From contig OY759351.1 of NCBI GenBank assembly GCA_963662305.1, positions 800,396 through 864,395 of the forward strand: a DNA stretch of 64,000 bases, written 5' to 3'. How positions within the stretch are numbered: position 1 is the stretch's first letter; every line of letters begins with the position of its first letter. Below the pieces are notes generated by a model that ran no database searches, was not told the origin of the DNA, and saw only the letters and a list, made by a program, of their open reading frames with translations. The position numbers and the translations under genes were made by a program. The stretch comes from Desulfarculia bacterium (GTDB lineage: Bacteria; Desulfobacterota; Desulfarculia; G963662305). Below, in pieces: positions 18,880-27,425 of the stretch.

Positions 18880-19788
18880 TCAATCCCCGAACTCGATCAG
18901 GCCCTTTCCGGCGGCCTTGATTCGGGCCTCCAGGTTGATCAGATAGGCCTGTTCCAGTTGGACGGGCGGCGGCTGGGGATCGTACTCGACGGCTTTGATT
19001 CTGGACATGATCCGGCCCAGATCGCCCTCATCCTCCCAGAACTCCAGGACCATCTCTCTGAACCTTTCGGCCGAGCGGATGGACCGCTCGAAAAAGGCGG
19101 GCACGTCCTCCCCGGTATAAACGAAGTGGTGGCCCTGGGCCAGAATCTCCACCTCCAGCCGGGATAGTTTTTTCAGAGAGGCCGTGAACCCGTCGTAGTC
19201 CACCAGGCAGTCGGAGACCACATAGCCGTTCATGGCCGCGCAGCCCACCGCCTCGGAGCCGACGAGGATTTTCTTCTCCGGGATGTAATAACCCATGAAG
19301 TCCCTGGTGTGCCCGGGGGTGGAGATGGCCCGGACCCTCAACCCGCCCCCGATATCCACCTCCTGGCCGTCCTCCAGGACCAGATCCACCTCAAAGGGCC
19401 GGAAGGGCTCGTCGCCGGTCCCCTTTACTCCCCAGCCCCGGATCATCTCCGTGGCCTCCCGGTTCAGCTTTTTTATCAGCTTCACCGCTCCAGGGCGCTG
19501 AATAATGGCCGCCCCCCTGGCCGAAGAGGCGATGCGCAGGCCGGGGAAGGCCTCTTGCAGATGGGCCGCCGCCCCGCAGTGGTCGAAATGGAGATGGGTT
19601 AAAAACAGGATGCCGGGGCTGTCCGGGCCCAGGGTCTCCCGGACGGCTTTTTCAAACACCGGGCCCAGGCAGGTCAGTCCGGCGTCGAAAAGAACCGGCT
19701 CTCCGCCGGTGAGAAGGTAGGTCGGCATGGAAGCTTCGCCCAGGGCATGGAACCCCGAGCCCACGTGTCCGGTCTGGGTGAAGATCAA
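18880..19788 (-). CDS. MBL-fold metallo-hydrolase
   Basis: HxHxDH motif LTHLHFDHCG. Proposed TTG start at 19788, preceded by AGGAGG and forming a TTGA overlap with the methyltransferase stop. Confidence 0.8.
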   Translation of the reverse strand: MIFTQTGHVGSGFHALGEASMPTYLLTGGEPVLFDAGLTCLGPVFEKAVRETLGPDSPGILFLTHLHFDHCGAAAHLQEAFPGLRIASSARGAAIIQRPGAVKLIKKLNREATEMIRGWGVKGTGDEPFRPFEVDLVLEDGQEVDIGGGLRVRAISTPGHTRDFMGYYIPEKKILVGSEAVGCAAMNGYVVSDCLVDYDGFTASLKKLSRLEVEILAQGHHFVYTGEDVPAFFERSIRSAERFREMVLEFWEDEGDLGRIMSRIKAVEYDPQPPPVQLEQAYLINLEARIKAAGKGLIEFGD

Positions 19789-20786
19789 TCTCGCCTCCTG
19801 AAAATGAAATACTGGGCCGAGCCGCCCGGTTCCCGGCGGCGATTCTTCCATTCCCGCCGGGCCAATCCCTCCAGTCCCGCCGCCAGGGGATAAGACAGCA
19901 GCTTTAGGGGGATAAAGGCCAGCCACATCAATTTTTTGGGGAAGCCCCGGGCGGTTCGCGCTCTTTCACCTACCGGGGTGAGGCGGAGCCTGACCGGCAG
20001 GGCCAGCAGGAACAGAGGCAGGGCCAGGCTGAAAAGCTTGAGGAAAGACAGCGGCGTTTTGGCCCGGGTCAGGGGAAAGGTTTTGCCCACCCGGGAGAAC
20101 CCGCCCCGGGCCAGGTACTCCAGTTCGCCCCAGAAACGATTGGCAAAAAAACCGGCCACCGGATCGAACCCGTTTTGGGCGAAAATACGGACCAGTTCCA
20201 GGCTGGTCATCCGGCGCAGGTGGGCCTTGTCCTCGAAGAAGAACCGTTCCTCCCCGGTGGGCGTTCTCTCCCTCCCGTTCCGGACCAGGGTCGTGATGCG
20301 GAAGGCCAGGGACCCCTGGTCGCCGCAAGGCAGACAAGCCAGGGCCGCTCCGCCCAGGGCCGTCAGCCGGGCCATCTCGGCCACGCTGACCATGGGCTCG
20401 GGCACGTGTTCCAGAACGTGATAGGAGAAAACCAGGCCGAAGCTCCTGTCCTCAAAGGGTGTCCGCTCTCCGGCAAGGGGCGCGAACTCTTTGTCCGGAA
20501 AGCTCCGGGCCGCTATCTCCAGCGCCCTGGGGGAAATATCCGCGCCGCTGATCGCGGCTTTCGGAAAGACCCGGCCCAGGAGCCCGATCAGCCGTCCCCG
20601 GCCACAGCCGAAATCCAGAATCCGGCGGGGACTGTCAGGCAGGAGAGTCAGGACATCCCTGAGCTTGGCCAGTTCAAAGGCGGGGATCTCCTCCATGTAG
20701 TAATCGCTGTAGCGCCGGTCGTAGAACCCGGCCAGGTTGTTTACATCCCCCGGCTCTGCCCGGGGAATATGGTCGCGGCCGGACAC
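19785..20786 (-). CDS. Class I SAM-dependent methyltransferase with hydrophobic C-terminal extension
   Basis: Motif I ILDFGCGRGRL. The C-terminal 90 aa or so contain two hydrophobic helices. The GTG start overlaps the cytochrome stop by 1 nt. Confidence 0.8.
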   Translation of the reverse strand: MSGRDHIPRAEPGDVNNLAGFYDRRYSDYYMEEIPAFELAKLRDVLTLLPDSPRRILDFGCGRGRLIGLLGRVFPKAAISGADISPRALEIAARSFPDKEFAPLAGERTPFEDRSFGLVFSYHVLEHVPEPMVSVAEMARLTALGGAALACLPCGDQGSLAFRITTLVRNGRERTPTGEERFFFEDKAHLRRMTSLELVRIFAQNGFDPVAGFFANRFWGELEYLARGGFSRVGKTFPLTRAKTPLSFLKLFSLALPLFLLALPVRLRLTPVGERARTARGFPKKLMWLAFIPLKLLSYPLAAGLEGLARREWKNRRREPGGSAQYFIFRRRD

Positions 20787-22294
20787 TATTTCTGCTTCAA
20801 GGCCCGGTGTAGATTAAGCCACTCTGCCATCTCTTTGATATTCTGATGCATCTTCCACCTCCCCCGTTCAAATACGCCGTAGTCCGCCCCCATCATGGCC
20901 GAGGCGAAACGGGTGGAGTTGGCGTAAAAGAGCCACTGTTCCACCCATTTCAGCTCCAGAGGCTCGTCAAAGGGGCTGCCGCCCTGGTCCGGTCCCTGGG
21001 CCAGGCCTTCCTTCCAGGCCGCCTGAAGCAGCCGGGTGGCGGTTTTGGTCGAGTCGTCCGTGGTCTTGATGGTGTTCTCCAGCCGCCGGAAATGGCCCTC
21101 CACCCAACTGCGGGAGTGGCAGCCCAGGCAGGTGCGTTGCATGGCCTCCCTGTTTTTCTCTTGCTCCGCGGGGGTGATGAGGAATTCAGCGGCGGGGTTG
21201 CCCTCCAGGTCCACGGCCAGAGTCAGGCCGGATTTGTGTTTGATCCTGGAGGTATCCGGGTGTTTGGGCTGGGCGTGGGTGTAGATCAGGCCCATGATTC
21301 TGGTATCCAGGCGGTCGTTCATGCGGTGGGTCCGCTGGTTGATGACCTCCCCCTCCGGATTCACCGTCAGGCTGATGTGGCAGACGGCGCAGGTGGGGGC
21401 TGAAAAATCCCGCCCCAGGGCCCAGGGCACGGCCTTGAAATCCCAGTCCTTGGACATGTTTTCGTAGACGGCCCCGTGCTTGGAGACGCCGTAGACGTTG
21501 TAGGCCGGCACGTCCGGCCCCTTGTGACACTCGGCGCAGGCGGCGGGTTTGCGGGCCATCTCCACTGAAAAGGCGTGCCTGGTGTGGCAGGCCGAACAGG
21601 AGCCTTTGGTGCCGTCGGGATTGAGCCTGCCCACGCCCCGGTTGGGCCAGCCGGTGAGGACCGGGAAGGTGAACTCGCCCCAGTCGGTCTCGCGCTCAAT
21701 TGTTCCTTTCACCTCCACCTTGGTGCCGTGGCAGAACAGACAGGAATCGGCCTGGGTCTCGGGGTTGGGCCGGGAGTATTCCAGCGTCCCCTTCTCCAAG
21801 CGGTATTCCCCGTTGATGTGATCGACCAGATCCAGGTACAGCGGGTTGCCCATCAGGTCGGGATAGGCCCAGGCCATCTTGTTTTTGTCGAACTGGGAGG
21901 CCTCCGCGGGGTGGCAGGCCGCACAGTCGGCCGGGGAGACCACCGGGTGGACCTGAAAGGCGTCGTGCTCCACCGTGTCCTGGTGCTGCCTGGGGTGGAG
22001 GGTGTGACACTCGGCGCAGCCCACGGCTACTCCCTGGAACTCCTTCCTGACCTTGGGGGCGGAAAAGAGGCGCTCCATTGCGGGCTTTTGCAGGGCCGAT
22101 TCCGGGGTGGTCCGGGCGTGGGCCGAGTTGCGCCAGTCGGCCACGATACCGGGGGTCGCTCCGGAATGACACTCCAGGCAGGCCTGGGTGGCTTCGCTCA
22201 GGGAAGCCTCCTGGGCCGGGACCGGGGTGGGGGCTGCCACAAGCAAGGCGGCCGAAACGGCCCCCAGGACCACTGTCTTGAAAAGACTGGACAT
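20786..22294 (-). CDS. Octaheme c-type cytochrome (HAO/ONR-like), secreted
   Basis: Eight CxxCH motifs (CLECH, CAECH, CAACH, CLFCH, CSACH, CAECH, CAVCH, CLGCH). Signal peptide MSSLFKTVVLGAVSAALLVAAPTPVPAQ. Start trimmed to 22294. Confidence 0.9.
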   Translation of the reverse strand: MSSLFKTVVLGAVSAALLVAAPTPVPAQEASLSEATQACLECHSGATPGIVADWRNSAHARTTPESALQKPAMERLFSAPKVRKEFQGVAVGCAECHTLHPRQHQDTVEHDAFQVHPVVSPADCAACHPAEASQFDKNKMAWAYPDLMGNPLYLDLVDHINGEYRLEKGTLEYSRPNPETQADSCLFCHGTKVEVKGTIERETDWGEFTFPVLTGWPNRGVGRLNPDGTKGSCSACHTRHAFSVEMARKPAACAECHKGPDVPAYNVYGVSKHGAVYENMSKDWDFKAVPWALGRDFSAPTCAVCHISLTVNPEGEVINQRTHRMNDRLDTRIMGLIYTHAQPKHPDTSRIKHKSGLTLAVDLEGNPAAEFLITPAEQEKNREAMQRTCLGCHSRSWVEGHFRRLENTIKTTDDSTKTATRLLQAAWKEGLAQGPDQGGSPFDEPLELKWVEQWLFYANSTRFASAMMGADYGVFERGRWKMHQNIKEMAEWLNLHRALKQK

Positions 22295-22622
22295 GTATCG
22301 TCTCCCTCGGAAGGACGGGATTTCCGCCGGGCAAGGACCGGTTTTCACACTAGGATGGAGCATAGGTGAGCCGGCCAGGCCTGTCAACTCGCGGAGCAGC
22401 ACTTTTATGACCAGCCGTGAATCCGCGTTCAGGCTTGTGGTGCCGGCCGGCTTTGGCCTGCATTTTTGCAACAATGCAAAAAGCCATGCCAAAGCCGGCC
22501 CTCCTCCCTCCCCAATCCTCGCCGCCCGGCCGGGCCCGGCCGGCTCCGCTTTACTCGCGCCGGGATAAGGTCTATTTATATAGTTACGAATAGGTACGAA
22601 CATAAGACCAGGAGCCCAAAAA

Positions 22623-23270
22623 ATGCGCGTCATCCCCCCCTCCCACCAGATCATGTTCATGCCCCCGGGCCGGGAGATCATCGAAAACCTGGAACTGGCC
22701 GGGCGCACCTGCTACAAATCGGAGGACAAGATCACCCCCCAGTCGGCTGAAGGTTTCATCCGGCGGCTGATCAAATCCGGCCACCACAGCGTTATCGAAC
22801 ACGCCTCCATCACCGTGCGCTTTACCTGCGACCGGGGGGTCTCCCACGAGCTGGTCCGCCACCGTCTGGCCTCCTTTTCCCAGGAGTCCACCCGCTACGC
22901 CAACTATTCAAAAGACAAATTCGGGGGGGAGATAACGGTGATCCGGCCCTTTTTCTGGGCCCAGGACTCGGAGCAGTACCGGCTTTGGGGAAAGGCCATG
23001 GAAGCGGCCGAAGCCGCCTACCTGGCTCTGATCAAGGCCGGGGCCAAGGCCGAGGAGGCCCGCTCGGTGCTGCCCAACAGCCTCAAGACCGAGGTGGTGG
23101 TCACGGCCAACATCAGGGAATGGCGGCACATCCTGGCCTTGCGTTGCGGCCGGGGCTCCCACCCCCAGATGCGGGAGCTGATGCTGCCCCTGTTGCGCGA
23201 GCTGCATTCCGCCGTTCCGGCCGCCTTTGAGGATATCTTTGAAGAACACCGAGAGGAGCTGGAAGGATAG
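22623..23270 (+). CDS. thyX: FAD-dependent thymidylate synthase
   Basis: ThyX motif RHRLASFSQESTRY and full-length family similarity. Confidence 0.95.
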   Translation: MRVIPPSHQIMFMPPGREIIENLELAGRTCYKSEDKITPQSAEGFIRRLIKSGHHSVIEHASITVRFTCDRGVSHELVRHRLASFSQESTRYANYSKDKFGGEITVIRPFFWAQDSEQYRLWGKAMEAAEAAYLALIKAGAKAEEARSVLPNSLKTEVVVTANIREWRHILALRCGRGSHPQMRELMLPLLRELHSAVPAAFEDIFEEHREELEG

Positions 23271-23294
23271 GCCGGCAAACCTCCCGAGGCCGCC

Positions 23295-24895
23295 CTATTT
23301 CCCGTACATCCTCCCCAGGATCGGCCCGTCCGGGTCCTCCCCTGGTTGCAGATGTAAGACCAGATCCTGGTAATACTCCATGGCGTAGGACTCCCCGTCA
23401 ACGTCCTGGTACACCTCCACCTCCGCATCCCTATGGTCCTGGTCAAAGCAGTACATGTACCCGTCAACGAACTCCATCCGCACGGTCTTGGTCCCGTTGA
23501 ACACCTCCGAGGTGAATCCGATCTCCGAAGTAACGCCGAAGGGAATGGTGAAGGTCAACAGTCCGTCCGCGATGGGGAAGCCCCCCCAAGTTCCGGATTC
23601 GGTTTCCACGATGCACATGCCCGAGGAGACCCGGTCCACGAACCCGATGCTTTCGTTGAAATAGGACAGCTGGACCTTGAAGGTCAGTTCCGAGGCGAAC
23701 GTGGGACAGGGGCGGCTCTTGTTACGGAAAAGGAGGCCGTGTCCGGGCCCAGGTCCAGGCAGCCCGCCCGGCGGGGTGGGGTCCGGGTCGGCCGATCCGT
23801 CTCCGGTGCCGCCGCCCGGATTGACGGTATTAGAGCTGGGATATTCGAAGGCTCCTATGTCATAGCCTGCCCCGGATGGCCTACTGGTGCCCCTTTGGTC
23901 GGTATTAACAGGATTGCCGTCGATTATCCAGGGCCGGGCTACCTTCCTGGAGGGCGTGGGTGTCGGTGGGGCCGCCGTTGTCGGCCAGAGCTTCCAGTCC
24001 GGGGTCGGCCACATCCACCGTGTCCGTGACCTGGGTGCCCCCCGGACCATGTGCCCCCGGTGTCGTCGCCGACGAGGTTGTATCCTTCGCTGGTAATCGT
24101 CCCGGACAGGTTGGGCCGGTTGTTGACCGAGGAGTCCGTGTTTCCGGCCACGATGGTGTTGCGGAGACGGACTGTGCCTCCCGACCAGACGGCAACTCCT
24201 CCTCCGCCATAAAGACTTTTGCTCTCGTTCCCCACAATGGTGCAGTGGGATATCTTGGCTGTACCGCCCACAATCACCGTTCCACCTCCAGAGCCCTCGG
24301 CAGTATTTCCGGAAATGGTGCAGTTGATGACACTATCGGATCTGGAGCTACAGGCAATCCCGGCTCCGGGATTGCCGGAGCCTGCATAGCAGTTGGTCAC
24401 CAAGCATCTGGCTATGGTGTAGTCACCGGAACCCCCATCTAAATAAACACCTCTTCCGCTTATTCCTTCCAGGCGGCAGTCCGCGATCCGGATGGCGCTG
24501 TTATTTGAATATACACATGCGGTGCCATTCACATTGGTCAGGGTCAGCCCGGTGAGGCTGAAGGTGCCGGCGCTTTGGTTGAATATCCTGTTATCTCCGT
24601 TACCGTCAATGGTCAGCGTTCTGGCCCCGGGACCGGTGATGGTCAAATTTTTGCTGATGGCGATCTGGCCCGAGGTAAGGGTGATGGTTCCGGTTACCTC
24701 GAAGCGGATATCATCCCCGGAATTGGCGTCGGCCACGGCCTGGCGCAAGAATCCGGCCCCGGAGTCGTTCAGATTGGTCACGGTGATGGTGGCCGCCCGG
24801 GTGGGGAGCGGCAGGGCGAAAATGCAGAGCAGGGGAAAAGCGGCAAGAACAAGAACCGGCATAAACAAAGGAATTCCCAATAGTTTGCGTGGCAT
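23295..24895 (-). pseudogene. Secreted right-handed beta-helix (choice-of-anchor-Q-like) protein interrupted by two +1 frameshifts
   Basis: Signal peptide and beta-helix repeats in frame A (to GYNLVGDDTGG). The expected LADNGGPT..GSPALD segment is in frame A+1. The TDQRG..YDIGAFE segment and C-terminal domain are in frame A+2. Confidence 0.7.
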
Positions 24896-25201
24896 AATAA
24901 ATTCCTTTGGCGTATGCTCCGATCCGACGATTGCGGGGAATTTTTGGCCGGGAACACCCAGGGCGGGAACGCACTAGTGCTGCATAAAACAGATGATAAG
25001 CGGTGATAGATGAGTTTGCCAAAGATATTTAATGAATAATAATTTGTGGTGATGGTAAATCGCAGCTTCATGAATATGGCCGCAGGCAGAAACAACACGG
25101 CATGGACGAGACGGGGAAGAAGGACAAAGTTTGGGCGGGCCCCGGGGGAGGAAGCCCGCCCTACATGACTCTTGTGCGGTTTTAGGTTTTAAGCGAGCTC
25201 T

Positions 25202-25987
25202 CTATGGCTTTGTATCGCCCTCCCGCTCAAGAGCCGATTCCAGGTGTCTCTTTGTCATTTCAAAGCGTCTCAGCAGCCTCCCTTCATCCAATTTGTTTTT
25301 CAACTCTTGGACTTCCTTGTTCTTGGCCAAAAGGGCTTGGGTGGTGGTCCCAGGGGTCAGAAGCAGGGCCCTCAACTCGGCCATTTTCAAACGGATATCG
25401 CGGTGCAGCTGGGCTGCCTCCCTTGAGGATTTCTCCATCCCGGATCGATCCTGGTCAGACATCTCAGGCCTTCCGTTCTCCTGGTCCCGGTCGCACTCCA
25501 TTTTTGGGGGCGGCCCGCCCTTGCCCGGCCTTTGTCCTTGCGGACCTTGTCCCATTTGGGGGGCGGGACGGCAGGGGCCCGGCCGACCCATTCCCTCCGG
25601 ACCCAACTGGGGCCCGGGGCCTGGGAACAGTTCCAGTTGGGGGTATTTTCTGCTCAGCTCAAATCGATAAAGCAGTTCCTTATCGTTCATCCGGTCGATC
25701 AGTTGCTGCAGCTCCCTATTGGCGGCCAGAAGTTCCTCAGGAGTGGTCCCGGCCTTCAAAAACAGGACCTGGATTTGGGCCTCCTTCAGGCGTATCTGCT
25801 TGCGCGATTCCAGACTGTCGGTCCAGAATTTTTGATCCGCCTCTTGGACCTCCTTCATAACCGCCTGATCCACCGGGGGTCTCATTCCGCCGGGGAGCCC
25901 TCCCGGACCCGGGCCTTGAGCCAGGGCGGGGGTTGCGGCCAGTACCGCCGTCAGCGACAGAATCCCCGCTGTTATGAGCCTCCTCAT
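25202..25987 (-). CDS. Periplasmic Spy/ZraP-like helical protein with internal duplication
   Basis: Signal peptide and two similar helical repeats (LLAANRELQQL.. / LLAKNKEVQEL..) separated by a Gly/Pro-rich linker. Confidence 0.5.
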   Translation of the reverse strand: MRRLITAGILSLTAVLAATPALAQGPGPGGLPGGMRPPVDQAVMKEVQEADQKFWTDSLESRKQIRLKEAQIQVLFLKAGTTPEELLAANRELQQLIDRMNDKELLYRFELSRKYPQLELFPGPGPQLGPEGMGRPGPCRPAPQMGQGPQGQRPGKGGPPPKMECDRDQENGRPEMSDQDRSGMEKSSREAAQLHRDIRLKMAELRALLLTPGTTTQALLAKNKEVQELKNKLDEGRLLRRFEMTKRHLESALEREGDTKP

Positions 25988-26398
25988 TAGTCGTCTTCTC
26001 CCTCTTTAGTATCGTCGTTTCTTGGTCTCGGCTTGGCTCGCGGGCCTTTGTAGGGTAATGACGGGACAGAGTGAAAACAGGTCTACAAAAAGAAGGGCCG
26101 GGGAAAAGAGAAGGATCGCCCCAAAAAAACGGGGGCCGGGGCCCTTCGATATCAACCTGTCTTTGAAGGTGTTGCCAAAGCGGGGCGGAGATTCCTGCGA
26201 TCTCGGGTAAAAACCCATAATTTCTAAATAGGGTTTCGATTTGAAATGCAAAAAATTAATTAGCTGTTTCTATTTGACCGAAAGTCGACTAGAAGTGTAT
26301 AGAAAACGTTGGCGCGTCGTATGCGGCGACGCGTGTCCGGAGTAAATCGGATCGGGTTTCCCAATTGACCGGTCATACTTTTAGGATAGGGGATTGAC

Positions 26399-27424
26399 GT
26401 GGCAGTTGAAGAGAAGACTATCCTGGTTCTCGGCGGAGGCATAGCTGGGGTGACGGCGGCTCTGGAGCTGGCCGAATACGGGTGCAAGGTTGTTTTGGTT
26501 GAAAAAGAGAACAGGATCGGAGGCAACGCCGCTCACCTGGCCTGCATGGCCCTGGACAAGTGCCAGAAATGCAACGGCTGCCTGGTGGAGCCGCGGTTGG
26601 TCAAGGCCCAGGCCCATCCGGGAGTGGAAATTCTTACCGACACCACGGTCAGCTCAATAAGTAAAAACGGAGACGGATTCGCCATAGGCTTGACCGGAGG
26701 CTCCGGGGAGAGCCAGGCCAAGGCCGACGCGGTGGTCCTGGCCACCGGGTACGAACCCTACCAGGCCGCCGGCAAGCCCCGCTACGGCTACGGCCGATTC
26801 GAGAACGTGGCCACGGTTCTGGAACTGGACGTGGAATTGCGCCAGACCGGCCAGATCACCAACCGGGTCAGCGGCCAGGTTCCCAAAAAGGTGGCCTTTG
26901 TCCAGTGTGTGGGCTCCCGGGATGTCCTGCGCAACAACTACTGTTCCCGGATCTGTTGCGGTTTCGCCCTGCGCATGGGCCGGATGCTGACCCACCGCTT
27001 CGGCACCGAGGTGACCGTCTTCTATATGGACATCCAGAACTTCGGTCATGTCTACAAGCCCACCCTGGAGGCCGCCAAGCAGGAACTGCGGCTGGTCCGG
27101 GCCATGCCCTCGGATGTCTTCCCCGGGGAGGACGGCCAGGTGGTGGTCCAATATTTCAACGAGGCCGACGCAACTTCGGAATTTGAGCCCTTTGAGATGC
27201 TGATCCTCTCCATCGGCCTGGCTCCGGGCAAGGAGAACAAGGCCCTGGCCGAGATGGCCGGACTGACCCTGAACGATTACGGCTTTTTCGAGCCTACCGC
27301 CGGAGAGAACAAGACCGGCCTGTTTTTGGCCGGGACAGCGGTAAAACCCCTGGACGTGGCCGAGGTGGTGGCCAGTGCCGAACGGGCCGCCCAGGAAACG
27401 ATCAGCTACCTGGAGGAGAATTGA
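26399..27424 (+). CDS. HdrA-like FAD-dependent oxidoreductase (N-terminal type module)
   Basis: Dinucleotide fold ILVLGGGIAGVTAALELAEYG. Cys motifs CQKCNGC and CSRICC are typical of heterodisulfide reductase A-like proteins. Confidence 0.75.
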   Translation: MAVEEKTILVLGGGIAGVTAALELAEYGCKVVLVEKENRIGGNAAHLACMALDKCQKCNGCLVEPRLVKAQAHPGVEILTDTTVSSISKNGDGFAIGLTGGSGESQAKADAVVLATGYEPYQAAGKPRYGYGRFENVATVLELDVELRQTGQITNRVSGQVPKKVAFVQCVGSRDVLRNNYCSRICCGFALRMGRMLTHRFGTEVTVFYMDIQNFGHVYKPTLEAAKQELRLVRAMPSDVFPGEDGQVVVQYFNEADATSEFEPFEMLILSIGLAPGKENKALAEMAGLTLNDYGFFEPTAGENKTGLFLAGTAVKPLDVAEVVASAERAAQETISYLEEN

Positions 27425-27425
27425 G

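Noticed and set aside
20786-22708. N-terminal extensions of track ORFs (cytochrome to 22708, LarC to 40301, DctP to 18728, EndoQ-UvrD to 35271, OMP from 35169, permease to 47968, Spy-like from 53513, racemase to 15161).
   Set aside because: The extensions are Arg/Pro/Gly-rich, run across intergenic repeats or neighbouring genes, and precede internal Met codons. Those Met codons have good RBS or 4-nt overlaps and start signal peptides or conserved N-termini.
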